Assembly (NCBI GenBank): GCA_047617745.1
Contig: JBLGBN010000009.1
Span: forward strand, 1-32,540
From: Candidatus Nanohaloarchaea archaeon
GTDB taxonomy: Archaea; Nanohalarchaeota; Nanosalinia; Nanosalinales; Nanosalinaceae
Length of the DNA stretch: 32,540 bases
Reading direction: 5' to 3'
In this document: positions 1-8,223 of the stretch, in pieces
How positions within the stretch are numbered: the stretch's first letter is position 1
Layout: each line of letters starts with the position of its first letter
The notes under the pieces: model-generated
Told to the model about the DNA's origin: nothing
The model's input: only the letters and a program-made list of their open reading frames with translations
The model's database searches: none
Position numbers and translations under genes: made by a program

Positions 1-353
1 ATCTACTGGTCTTTACAGTTATACTAATAGTATCGGCGCTTGTGAGCTCGTCGGGAGCGTTTATTTTGACATGGAATGCTTCGGTCCTCGGCGTTTTCAT
101 GGGTATTCTTGCCAGAAATCTGGAAGGCATGCAGGTTCTGACAGGTAATGGGTCTGTTCCAACCCCTCTTGCATATATCCCACATGCAACTCTGGAAATG
201 GCCGGGTTCATTGTTGCAGGTATTACAGGCTCTTTGATCTCAGCGGCGATCTATAGAGAGCATTTCACTAGAGAGACCTGGATCGATTACATGAAGATGG
301 TAGGTATCGGTGTAGGTCTGGTTGTCATCGCCGCTTTCATGGAGACCGCGTAA
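1..353 (+). CDS. SpoIIM/DUF95-family integral membrane protein, 5'-truncated by window edge
   Basis: The frame is open from position 3 (LLVFTVILIVSALVSS...). Hydrophobic helices and the PHATLEMAGFIVAG segment match the family PHxxxE motif. Confidence 0.75.
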   Translation, partial: LLVFTVILIVSALVSSSGAFILTWNASVLGVFMGILARNLEGMQVLTGNGSVPTPLAYIPHATLEMAGFIVAGITGSLISAAIYREHFTRETWIDYMKMVGIGVGLVVIAAFMETA

Positions 354-385
354 ATATTAAAGCTTAAAGTCTAAAGCCGTTCAAT

Positions 386-1777
386 GTGAAACTATCTCCG
401 CAGGCAAAAGAGATTCTAGGACAGCTTAAACAGCATTCAGAGCTAACTGTTGATGATCTGGAAGATGAAGGATTCGACCAGAGCATGGTCAATAGAGCAG
501 CCCTAGAACTTGAGGAGAACGGATTAATCGAGATCGAGGAAGATGAAATCCTTGGATATTCTATAACAGATAATGGACAGGAGGTAATTGAGAAAGGGTC
601 GCCAGAATACCAGCTTGTGGAGAGAGTGAGAGAAGGCGACAACCAGCTCTCTGAACTTCAGGACCTCAACCTTGATGTGGCACTTGGAAAGGCAAGAGAA
701 AAGAACCTCATCGAAATAGACCAAGGAGAAGTTGAACTCACTGAGAAAGGAGAGGAATACGAAGACAAAGTCAGGCACAGGTTAGAGGAGGAAGACTTCA
801 CAGAAGAGGAGGAAGAAAGAGGACTGGTAGAGGTTGAGACTACAACAAGAAGAGAACTACTAATAACAGATAAAGGTTCTGAGACCGATCTAGAAGACAT
901 AGAGGAAGAGTTCAACATTGAGGCGAGAACCAAGACCCCGAGAACAGGTAAAAAACATTACTACAGAGAGATTATCTCCTACGCAAGACAGACCTGGCTG
1001 GAGATGGGGTTCCAGGAGATGAAAGGAAACTACATTGTTCCAGGGCTATTGAACTTTGATGCTCTTTACACCCCACAGGACCATCCGGCAAGAGAGCTAC
1101 ATGACACTTTCTTTGTGGAGAGACCGGAGAAATCAGATCTAACGGAGTACGGAGACAAGGTTGACCACATAAGACAGACTCACGAAGATGGATGGGAGAC
1201 AGGTAGCAAAGGTTTCGGTTACGACTGGGATCAAGAAGAAGCGAGGAAGAACGTTCTAAGAACACATACAACAGCGATCTCCGCCCAGAGACTTCACCAG
1301 ATAGATATTAACGAGGAAGAACTGCCGAAGAAATTCTTCATAGTAGGCAGAAACTTCAGGAACGAGACAGTAGATAGAACACACCTCGCAGAGTTCTACC
1401 AGACCGATGGAATCGTGGTAGGAAAGGATCTCAACTTCGCCAACCTGAAAGGGTATATATCCAAGTTTTTCGAGAAGATGGGGTACAGCGAGTTCAGGTT
1501 GATCCCTGCCTACTACCCTTACACGGAGATGAGTGTTGAGGTACAGGTCTGGGATGAAGAAGATGAGGAATGGCTTGGAATGGGGGGAGCAGGGATGTTC
1601 CGCCCCGAAGTAGTTAAACCTATGCTTGGATTCGAGGCAAAGGTACTTGCTTGGGGGCTAGGGATTCCACGTATTGCATTCAAGGCTGCCGGGCTTTCAG
1701 ATATCAGAGAGCTTTACAGGAACGATATTGATATAATTAATGAAACACCGGTCTGGAGACCGGAGGTCGAAAAATAA
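386..1777 (+). CDS. pheS: Phenylalanine--tRNA ligase alpha subunit (archaeal type)
   Basis: Motifs NFDALYTPQDHPARELHDTFF, LRTHTTA, FRNETVDRTHLAEFYQ, YYPYTEMS, GAGMFRPEV and AWGLG; N-terminal winged-helix extension; GTG start. Confidence 0.97.
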   Translation: MKLSPQAKEILGQLKQHSELTVDDLEDEGFDQSMVNRAALELEENGLIEIEEDEILGYSITDNGQEVIEKGSPEYQLVERVREGDNQLSELQDLNLDVALGKAREKNLIEIDQGEVELTEKGEEYEDKVRHRLEEEDFTEEEEERGLVEVETTTRRELLITDKGSETDLEDIEEEFNIEARTKTPRTGKKHYYREIISYARQTWLEMGFQEMKGNYIVPGLLNFDALYTPQDHPARELHDTFFVERPEKSDLTEYGDKVDHIRQTHEDGWETGSKGFGYDWDQEEARKNVLRTHTTAISAQRLHQIDINEEELPKKFFIVGRNFRNETVDRTHLAEFYQTDGIVVGKDLNFANLKGYISKFFEKMGYSEFRLIPAYYPYTEMSVEVQVWDEEDEEWLGMGGAGMFRPEVVKPMLGFEAKVLAWGLGIPRIAFKAAGLSDIRELYRNDIDIINETPVWRPEVEK

Positions 1778-3420
1778 TGTCAAACATCAAGATAAACAAG
1801 AACGAGTTTTTCGAACTAGTAGGAGAGGAATTCTCGGATGAAAAACTGGATGAAGAGGCATCTTTCCTCGGCGCACACTGGAACCATGTCGAGGGCGACA
1901 AATGGGATGTAGAAGTCTACCCGAACAGACCAGATCTTCTCTCTGTAGAAGGCTTGGCGAGAGCTTACAGAGGGTTCTTCGACATAGATACAGGGCTGGA
2001 GGGCTACAATGTTAACAAAGGCGACATAGAGATTAAAGTGGATGAATCTGTTGAAGAAGTCAGACCACATATTGGATGCGCTGTTGTCAGAGACATTGAT
2101 CTGAACCAGAGAATGATTAACGGTTTGATCCAGCTACAGGAGAAAATGCACGAAACCATGGGCCGGAGGAGGGACAAACTGGCGATCGGTCTCCATGATT
2201 TATCTACTATAGAACCTCCGTTCGAGTACAAGGCGGTCGAGCCGGAAAAAGTGTCATTAACACCTCTCCAGTATGATAGAGAGATGCAACTGGGTGAAAT
2301 ACTCGAAGAGCACGAGAAAGGACAGGAATACGCCTGGATACTGGAGGATGAGGACAGGTACCCTGTGATTGCAGACTCAAAAGATCAAATTCTCAGTTTC
2401 CCTCCAATTATCAACAATCAGTTGACAGAAGTCCATACCGGGACAACGGACGTGTTCATTGACGTTACCGGGAAGGATAAGGAAACTGTCCGGAAAGCTC
2501 TGAATATAATGGTGACTGCTCTAGCGGAGAGAAGTTCAAGGATTGAATCAGTTAAAGTTGATGGAGAAAGAATGCCGGACCTGTCACCTAGCGAGTTTAA
2601 ACTTGACCCCGACTACGTCAGAGAAGTTTCTGGTCTGGATCTCTCAAAAACCGAGATAATTGATCGGCTAAAACAGATGAAGTTCGGTGCTAAAGCAGGC
2701 AAGAAGATCAAGGTGGAAGTACCATGCTATAGAACCGATATAATGCATCAATACGACCTGATAGAGGATATAGTGATAGCACATCGGTACACCAACATAG
2801 AGCCCGAACTTCCGAATCTTGATACCATTGGAAGAAAGAAGCCGATCGAGGATCTATCCGATATAGTTAGAGATTCGATGGTCGGCACAGGGGCGCTTGA
2901 AGCCTTGACCTATGTTCACGAGAACGAGGAGAACTTGACCTCGATGATAGGAAAAAGCGATGATGGAGAATATGTCAAGGTGAAAAACCCGCTTTCCGAG
3001 GAATATTCTGCAGTACGCCATCTGATGTTTCCATCACTTCTCGAAGTACTGAAGCAGAACCGGCACAACAGCTACCCGCAGAAATTCTTCGAAACTGGAG
3101 ATGTAGTTGAGATAGATGATTCGCATGTAGGCGCCTCTGAAAAGAGGAAAATGGGGTACATTGAATCAGGCTCGGATGTAGATTTCACAGATATCAGAGA
3201 GGTATTGCAGATTCTGGAAAGAGACCTCGGTATAGAGCTTGAGGTCAGGGAAGAGGAAAAACCTTTCTTCAGACAAGGTAGATCCGGTAAAATACTGCTT
3301 GAAGGAGAAGAAATCGGGTTTATAGGAGAGTTCTCGGAAGAGGTTAGAGAGAACTGGGAGCTTGAAATGAAGACAGCATGCTTCGAACTAGATCTGGAGA
3401 AAGTAATAGAGAGAAGGTAG
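1777..3420 (+). CDS. pheT: Phenylalanine--tRNA ligase beta subunit (archaeal type)
   Basis: Motifs PNRPDLLSVEGLARA, LQEKMH, SFPPIIN, YRTDIMHQYDLIEDI and NPLSEEY; TAATG stop/start overlap with pheS. Confidence 0.97.
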   Translation: MSNIKINKNEFFELVGEEFSDEKLDEEASFLGAHWNHVEGDKWDVEVYPNRPDLLSVEGLARAYRGFFDIDTGLEGYNVNKGDIEIKVDESVEEVRPHIGCAVVRDIDLNQRMINGLIQLQEKMHETMGRRRDKLAIGLHDLSTIEPPFEYKAVEPEKVSLTPLQYDREMQLGEILEEHEKGQEYAWILEDEDRYPVIADSKDQILSFPPIINNQLTEVHTGTTDVFIDVTGKDKETVRKALNIMVTALAERSSRIESVKVDGERMPDLSPSEFKLDPDYVREVSGLDLSKTEIIDRLKQMKFGAKAGKKIKVEVPCYRTDIMHQYDLIEDIVIAHRYTNIEPELPNLDTIGRKKPIEDLSDIVRDSMVGTGALEALTYVHENEENLTSMIGKSDDGEYVKVKNPLSEEYSAVRHLMFPSLLEVLKQNRHNSYPQKFFETGDVVEIDDSHVGASEKRKMGYIESGSDVDFTDIREVLQILERDLGIELEVREEEKPFFRQGRSGKILLEGEEIGFIGEFSEEVRENWELEMKTACFELDLEKVIERR

Positions 3421-3509
3421 CGTCGGCACTCAAAGTTCGGAAATCAAAGATTTTCTCAATCGAGCAAATCTTCGATCTCGAGCCCCGCAGGGTTCGTCAT
3501 CCGCTACCT
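3415..3509. repeat. 95-bp multi-hairpin element bounded by 8-bp inverted repeats, between convergent pheT and pspC-like genes
   Basis: AGGTAGCG (3415-3422) pairs with CGCTACCT (3502-3509). Internal hairpins: GGAAATC-AAA-GATTTTC (3439-3455), TCGAG..ATC-TTC-GAT-CTCGA (3460-3481) and GAGCCC-CGCA-GGGTTC (3480-3495). Confidence 0.6.
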
Positions 3510-3516
3510 GTAAATT

Positions 3517-3717
3517 TTATCTTTTGACTTCGCTCTCTGTGGGCATTATGAGCCATGCCAGTAGGTAGATCAGAAGACCTGATCCTCCCCAGAGAACGAT
3601 GAAGAGTGCAGCGAGTCTGACAAGTGTAGGGTCTAGGTCGTAGACTTCTGCGATTCCTCCGCAAACTCCGCCGAGGATTCTATCGGTTTCCGATCTGTAC
3701 AGTTTTTTGTTGCTCAC
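3517..3717 (-). CDS. pspC: PspC domain-containing membrane protein
   Basis: KKLYRSETDRILGGVCGGIAEVYDLDPTLVRL...YLLAWLIMP is the typical PspC signature; overlaps the ndk stop. Confidence 0.9.
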   Translation of the reverse strand: MSNKKLYRSETDRILGGVCGGIAEVYDLDPTLVRLAALFIVLWGGSGLLIYLLAWLIMPTESEVKR

Positions 3718-4205
3718 TTGACTTCACCTTCATGCGCTACCTCGTAGTCGTGGAGTTCTTCTTCTTTAAACCAGATCTCGATCTCTCTTTCCGCTTCTCC
3801 AGGCTCTGAGGCATGGATTATATTCTTGTAATGTGTTCCTTCCTCGTCGGCGTGCTCCATCGACATATGTCCGTACTTTCCTCTGATTGTGGAGGGGTGT
3901 GCCTCTCTATTTGAGGTGTCGCCGACGATCTTTCTGACGTTCTCGGCTGCGTGGACTCCTTCGAGTACCATTGCGATTACCGGTCCGTCCTGCATGTACT
4001 CTGCCAGTCCGTCGTAAAACGGTTTGTCGACATGTTCTTCGTAGTGTTTTTCAAGTAGCTGGTCTGTCGCCTGGACCATTTTCATTCCTGAAATCTTGAA
4101 TCCGGCTGTTTCAAAGTGGTCGATTATATCTCCGACAATACCTCTCTTTACAGCGTCAGGTTTCAGCGCGACAAATGTTCGTTCAACATATTCTCCGTCT
4201 GTCAT
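3714..4205 (-). CDS. ndk: Nucleoside diphosphate kinase
   Basis: Motifs ERTFVALKPDAVKRG, HYEEHVDKPFY, GPVIAMVLEG, TIRG and NIIHAS (catalytic His). Confidence 0.95.
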   Translation of the reverse strand: MTDGEYVERTFVALKPDAVKRGIVGDIIDHFETAGFKISGMKMVQATDQLLEKHYEEHVDKPFYDGLAEYMQDGPVIAMVLEGVHAAENVRKIVGDTSNREAHPSTIRGKYGHMSMEHADEEGTHYKNIIHASEPGEAEREIEIWFKEEELHDYEVAHEGEVK

Positions 4206-4255
4206 TTTAATTACCTCTTATAAAAGAAAGTCTTCTGCAAGTTTTTTAAACTAAA

Positions 4256-4696
4256 TCAGCTTGTGGCGTTGATACTGCGGTAGAATGTTTTCTCACACGG
4301 CAGTAGCTGGATGTTCTCGTTTTCAAGCCATTCTGAAGCCGTCTGGTTCTGGTACTCTACCTCGTCCGTCCATTCCATACCGGACATCGAAGAATCACAG
4401 GTGTTGTATGCTCTGATCATGAGTTCCGACTCGATTCTTCTGTAGTAGTTCTCGGTCCCCGGTTCCGGATCTTCGTAGTTATCGTAATTATAAGTAGTAT
4501 GTTCTCTTCTCTCAAGACCAAGACAGATTCCTGCGTCAATCCCGTAGCAGTCCGTAGTGACCTCTGTATAACCTACTCTAACAGGCTCCTCGGGAACGGA
4601 AACATTTTTTGCTCCGACAACCGTCAGTACAATCAGAAGGCTTACGCCGAGAAAGAAAAGGTTTTTTCTAAGGCTGTCGGAAATATCCATCTCCAT
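4256..4696 (-). CDS. Single-pass membrane protein with Cys-rich extracellular domain (paralog of 14477..14875)
   Basis: N-terminal hydrophobic helix, 4 Cys, acidic composition. Confidence 0.75.
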   Translation of the reverse strand: MEMDISDSLRKNLFFLGVSLLIVLTVVGAKNVSVPEEPVRVGYTEVTTDCYGIDAGICLGLERREHTTYNYDNYEDPEPGTENYYRRIESELMIRAYNTCDSSMSGMEWTDEVEYQNQTASEWLENENIQLLPCEKTFYRSINATS

Positions 4697-4787
4697 ACCT
4701 TAACTTGCGTCATATATCTTTTAAATTCTGGCAGGAAAAGGGTCGGGTGTCAATTTATCAATCTTCGAGTAGAACTTCAAACCAGAG

Positions 4788-6647
4788 ATGCAGCTAGGCA
4801 CAATAGAAGGAAAGGTCAACACTTCTTCGTTCAAATTCCGGGCAACAGAAGAGGTAAAGAAATTCGACTTCGTATCGGTGAAAAGCGATGAAAAATGGAT
4901 ACTGGCCCAGGTCGAAGAAGTTGAAAAGAAACCTGGAGGAGAAACTCTGGCGAAAGCAAGTATAATCGGATACCGGGACAAAGGCCTAACTAAAGCACCG
5001 AGAAGGGTTATAGAACCCGACTCAATTGTCTACGCTGCAGACCAGGAACTGATTTCAGATACTCTTGGATTGGAGGAAGCCGGACTAAGGATCGGCCATC
5101 TTGAAACAAACCCTGATATAGATATCCATGTCAACAAGGAAGACTTCTACAAACACTTTGCAGTCCTTGCTCAAACCGGGGCAGGAAAATCGTATCTCAC
5201 AGGAGTTTTAATTGAGGAAATGCTTGAGCAGGATCTTCCAGTAATGATAATCGATCCGCACGGAGAATTTAACTCGCTTTCCCAGCCAAACCCGGATAAC
5301 GAAGACGCAAGCGAGAGGAAGGGATACAAGGTAAACGAGTACTCGCCGAACACAGATATTAATGATCATGCGATGCCGCTGTCTTTCTCCTCTGTAAACA
5401 TGGAGAAAAAAGAGCTGCTCGATGTCATACCGGATTCTCTGACCAACTCCCAGATGGGGGTGCTCTACAACGCACTGAAGAGGTTGAGAGACAAAAATGA
5501 GGACTACACTCTAAACGATATAATGGATGAGGTGTCAAATGAAGACTCCACTGCTAAATGGAACCTGCTGAACTCTCTGGAACAGCTGGAAAGATCCGGC
5601 TTGTTCTCCGAGGATGCAATAGAACTTGAAGATCTTCTGGAGCCTGGAGAGGCTACTATAATTAATCTAAAGGCGGTAGAGCCGGAGACTGCGGAGATGA
5701 CTATGTTCATGCTCGCGAAAAGGATGTTCAATCTGAGGAAGGAGAACCGTATCCCGCCTTTTATCATGGTTATTGAGGAGGCACATAACTTTGCACCTGA
5801 GAAAGGCTTCGAACAGGCGTTGAGCAACAAGATTTTGAGAAAGATCGCTTCAGAGGGCCGAAAGTTTGGACTCGGGATAGGAGTAATTTCACAGAGACCG
5901 GCAAGGATCGATAAAAACGTGCTATCTCAGGCAAATACACAGTTTATTCTTAGGGTCACCAACCCAAATGACCTGAAGGCGATCTCGAAATCATTTGAAG
6001 GAATCACCAGCGAAGTGGAATCAATGATCAAATCACTTCCGCCTGGAGTCACTTTCGCGCTTGGGAATGAATACCCGGTTATGACTGATGTGAGAACCAG
6101 AAAATCGAAACATGGTGGAACAACCCAAACTTCTGAAGGCTACAAAGAGAAGGAAAAAATCAGGATGTTCGAACCTCAGAAAACAGTTCAGGAAATCGAG
6201 ACCGAGAAAGGAGAGAAACATGACGTAACGTACTACCCGCTTTACCTGCATGAAACAGGTGAGAAGAAAACTCTTTACGATGCAGTTAGCGGCGAGAAGA
6301 AAGCCGAAGTCAATAAAGTATCAGGAAGAGAGAAAAAGGTACTTGAACACATCGAGGAGGACAGGAACAAAAGCGAGATCATGGAAGAACTAGATATAAC
6401 GCTCTCGAAAGTTACATCCGTAGTTGAATCACTTAGGAACAAGAACCGTGTAAAGGACGAAGGGCTCGAAACTGAGGAAACCATTTTCGGTAAAAATCGT
6501 ATCGAGGAAAGAGTCGAAGAGGAAAAGTTGATCGAGATCGGTAAATCGCCGGAGGAGCTAGGAATTGAAGGTTCTGAACTTTTATACTACCCTTACTACT
6601 CAAGCGGAGAGGACGTTTATGACCCTGTCTTGGAGCAGGATGTATAG
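4788..6647 (+). CDS. HerA/FtsK-superfamily (DUF87) ATPase with N-terminal HAS barrel and C-terminal wHTH-containing extension
   Basis: HFAVLAQTGAGKS (Walker A), IIDPHGEF, IMVIEEAHNF (Walker B), SEGRKFGLG and SQRPA motifs. Confidence 0.88.
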   Translation: MQLGTIEGKVNTSSFKFRATEEVKKFDFVSVKSDEKWILAQVEEVEKKPGGETLAKASIIGYRDKGLTKAPRRVIEPDSIVYAADQELISDTLGLEEAGLRIGHLETNPDIDIHVNKEDFYKHFAVLAQTGAGKSYLTGVLIEEMLEQDLPVMIIDPHGEFNSLSQPNPDNEDASERKGYKVNEYSPNTDINDHAMPLSFSSVNMEKKELLDVIPDSLTNSQMGVLYNALKRLRDKNEDYTLNDIMDEVSNEDSTAKWNLLNSLEQLERSGLFSEDAIELEDLLEPGEATIINLKAVEPETAEMTMFMLAKRMFNLRKENRIPPFIMVIEEAHNFAPEKGFEQALSNKILRKIASEGRKFGLGIGVISQRPARIDKNVLSQANTQFILRVTNPNDLKAISKSFEGITSEVESMIKSLPPGVTFALGNEYPVMTDVRTRKSKHGGTTQTSEGYKEKEKIRMFEPQKTVQEIETEKGEKHDVTYYPLYLHETGEKKTLYDAVSGEKKAEVNKVSGREKKVLEHIEEDRNKSEIMEELDITLSKVTSVVESLRNKNRVKDEGLETEETIFGKNRIEERVEEEKLIEIGKSPEELGIEGSELLYYPYYSSGEDVYDPVLEQDV

Positions 6648-6713
6648 AGTTTTCAGAACCAGATAGATCTAATAAGTTTGCTTTTCCAGGTTTAGTATGT
6701 GGACTAGTTTCTT

Positions 6714-7688
6714 ATGAATAGAACATCGGATGGAAGGTTTAAGCAGAGAAGATGCGTGATAACTTCGGGAAATCTTGAAGAAGTAATTGATAATATAAAA
6801 TCAAATAAGTCCTGGACTTGGACTGAATTTGCAGAAGAATTTGGTGTTTCTGCATACACTCTCCGTCAAGATTGGCGAAAAAATGCTGATTCAATACCTT
6901 TCTCGGTAGCATCTAGGTTAAATGAAATGTCTGGCTTACAGTTAGAGTTTGAAAATAAGGCTTTGTGGCATGGGCAGAAGAAGGGAGGCCAAAAATCAAG
7001 TATGCGCGGTAATACGCCTAGTGAATGGGATAAGAGATTTGCAGAGCTTTATGGCGCTTTACTGGGTGATGGTTGTGTTTATTCCAATATGAACGGCTTC
7101 TGTATAACAGGGAATGCTAGCCTTGATGAGGACTATATCCGGTCTCTTGCAGAGCATTGTAGAACTGTTTTTGATATAGATCCTAAAATACATTTTCAGG
7201 AGGAAGAAAACGTAGTAAGGCTTATACTCAATAGCCGAAAAATTGCTAGATTTTTAGAGGATGAAGGCTTTCCCTGTGGCGCCAAAAAGGATAGCGAGTT
7301 CTGCCCTCCCGAAGTTTTAGTAAGTGATAAAGAACTCCTATCTGCTTGTATACGCGGGCTTTTTGACACGGATGGAGGTATATACGCCCATCCAAATTCG
7401 GGTATAATGTTAGATATAACTGCTAAAAATGATGATATTTTCAGATTTCTAGCTGAGTCTTCGGAAACTTTAGATCTACCTCTCAATCCAACTGAAGGAA
7501 AGTTGCAGCTTTATGGTGAGTCAAAAGTTGATGAGTTCTTGAGAAAGGTTGGGAGTAGCAATTCTCGAAATATTAAAAGGTACCTGTACTACAAAGAGAA
7601 TGAAAGTTTGCCGAGCGCAGATTCAACAACCCTTTTAAGATCAAGGAGTCAGGACTTTAATGTGCCTTATTTTGGGTTCGTGGTCTAG
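6714..7688 (+). CDS. Free-standing LAGLIDADG (intein/DOD-type) homing endonuclease-like protein with N-terminal HTH
   Basis: Two LAGLIDADG motifs (AELYGALLGDG, ACIRGLFDTDG), a block D-like FPCGAK and a block H-like LYGESKVDEFLRKVG. HTH-like WTWTEFAEEFGVSAYTLRQDW. No intein splicing termini. AT-richer than flanks; stop TAG lies inside the tRNA. Confidence 0.88.
   Translation: MNRTSDGRFKQRRCVITSGNLEEVIDNIKSNKSWTWTEFAEEFGVSAYTLRQDWRKNADSIPFSVASRLNEMSGLQLEFENKALWHGQKKGGQKSSMRGNTPSEWDKRFAELYGALLGDGCVYSNMNGFCITGNASLDEDYIRSLAEHCRTVFDIDPKIHFQEEENVVRLILNSRKIARFLEDEGFPCGAKKDSEFCPPEVLVSDKELLSACIRGLFDTDGGIYAHPNSGIMLDITAKNDDIFRFLAESSETLDLPLNPTEGKLQLYGESKVDEFLRKVGSSNSRNIKRYLYYKENESLPSADSTTLLRSRSQDFNVPYFGFVV
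7631..7640 (+). promoter_or_regulatory. Putative TATA box of the tRNA-Val gene, embedded in the endonuclease CDS
   Basis: CCTTTTAAGA lies about 35-40 nt upstream of tRNA position 1. Confidence 0.5.
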
Positions 7689-7778
7689 TTGGTTATCCAA
7701 TGCTCAGCTCTGCTGGCTTTGGACTAAGACGTCGCCCTTACAAGGCGAAGATCCCCAGTTCGAATCTGGGCGAACCCA
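7674..7778 (+). tRNA. tRNA-Val(TAC) with D-arm intron; CCA not encoded
   Basis: Acceptor GGGTTCG/CGAACCC plus discriminator A. Anticodon arm TCGCC-CTTACAA-GGCGA (TAC at 7739-7741). T arm CCCAG-TTCGAAT-CTGGG. The D arm is restored by removing 31 nt. Confidence 0.95.
7697..7727 (+). other. 31-nt tRNA intron at non-canonical position 22/23 (alternative register 21/22, 7696-7726)
   Basis: Relaxed BHB: GGTT(7691-94) pairs with GACT(7722-25), 3-nt bulges ATC and AAG, inner stems CAA/TTG and CAGC/GCTG. Splicing gives the typical archaeal Val D arm GTCTAGTTGGTTATGAC. Confidence 0.8.
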
Positions 7779-7865
7779 TGCTAACTCGGCTTTCATGTCG
7801 ATCATAAAAAACCCTGTACTGTTGTCACCGCCAAGTACTTAAAATCTCATGAGTATATTAATAAT

Positions 7866-8216
7866 ATGTCTGGTAAAGTGAAACAGGTCATTGTACTCAG
7901 AGAAGACCTGAACATCAGTAAAGGCAAGGAAATATCTCAGGCATGTCACGCCTCGCTTGGAGCATACAAAAAGGCCGATCCAGAGACTATCTCCAAGTGG
8001 GAAGCTCAAGGCGCCAAAAAGGTAGTGCTTTCCTCCGGCGACCGAAAGCTGGAAGATTTATATGCTGAGATTAAAAGTAAAGATATACCGGCCTATCTTG
8101 TAAAAGATGCTGGTAAAACTGAGATTGAGCCTGGCACGATCACCGCTCTCGGGATCGGTCCGGCTAAGGAATCGAAAATCGATAGTATAACGGGAGAACT
8201 CAAGCTTATAGGTTGA
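7866..8216 (+). CDS. pth2: Peptidyl-tRNA hydrolase Pth2
   Basis: Motifs KQVIVLREDL, GKEISQACHA, KKVVL, DAGKTEIEPGTITALGIGP and ITGELKL. Confidence 0.95.
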   Translation: MSGKVKQVIVLREDLNISKGKEISQACHASLGAYKKADPETISKWEAQGAKKVVLSSGDRKLEDLYAEIKSKDIPAYLVKDAGKTEIEPGTITALGIGPAKESKIDSITGELKLIG

Positions 8217-8223
8217 TACAAAA

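Noticed and set aside
4499..4981. ORFs 4499..4891(+) and 4721..4981(-)
   Set aside because: They overlap better-supported genes, have atypical composition and show no motifs.
6714..7688. Intein or intron-encoded endonuclease
   Set aside because: There are no Hint splicing blocks, no terminal His-Asn and no extein. herA ends normally at 6647, and the ORF lies upstream of the 31-nt intron rather than inside it.
4788..7688. HerA plus nuclease as an anti-phage defence pair
   Set aside because: The partner is a LAGLIDADG protein rather than Sir2, NurA or DUF4297, and the two genes differ in composition, which suggests independent insertion.
7660..7842. 60-aa ORF in the ORF track
   Set aside because: It spans the tRNA-Val gene and is a spurious translation.
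7674..7865. tRNA as att site of an integrated virus or island
   Set aside because: No integrase in the window and no duplicated tRNA end was seen; housekeeping pth2-truD follows directly.
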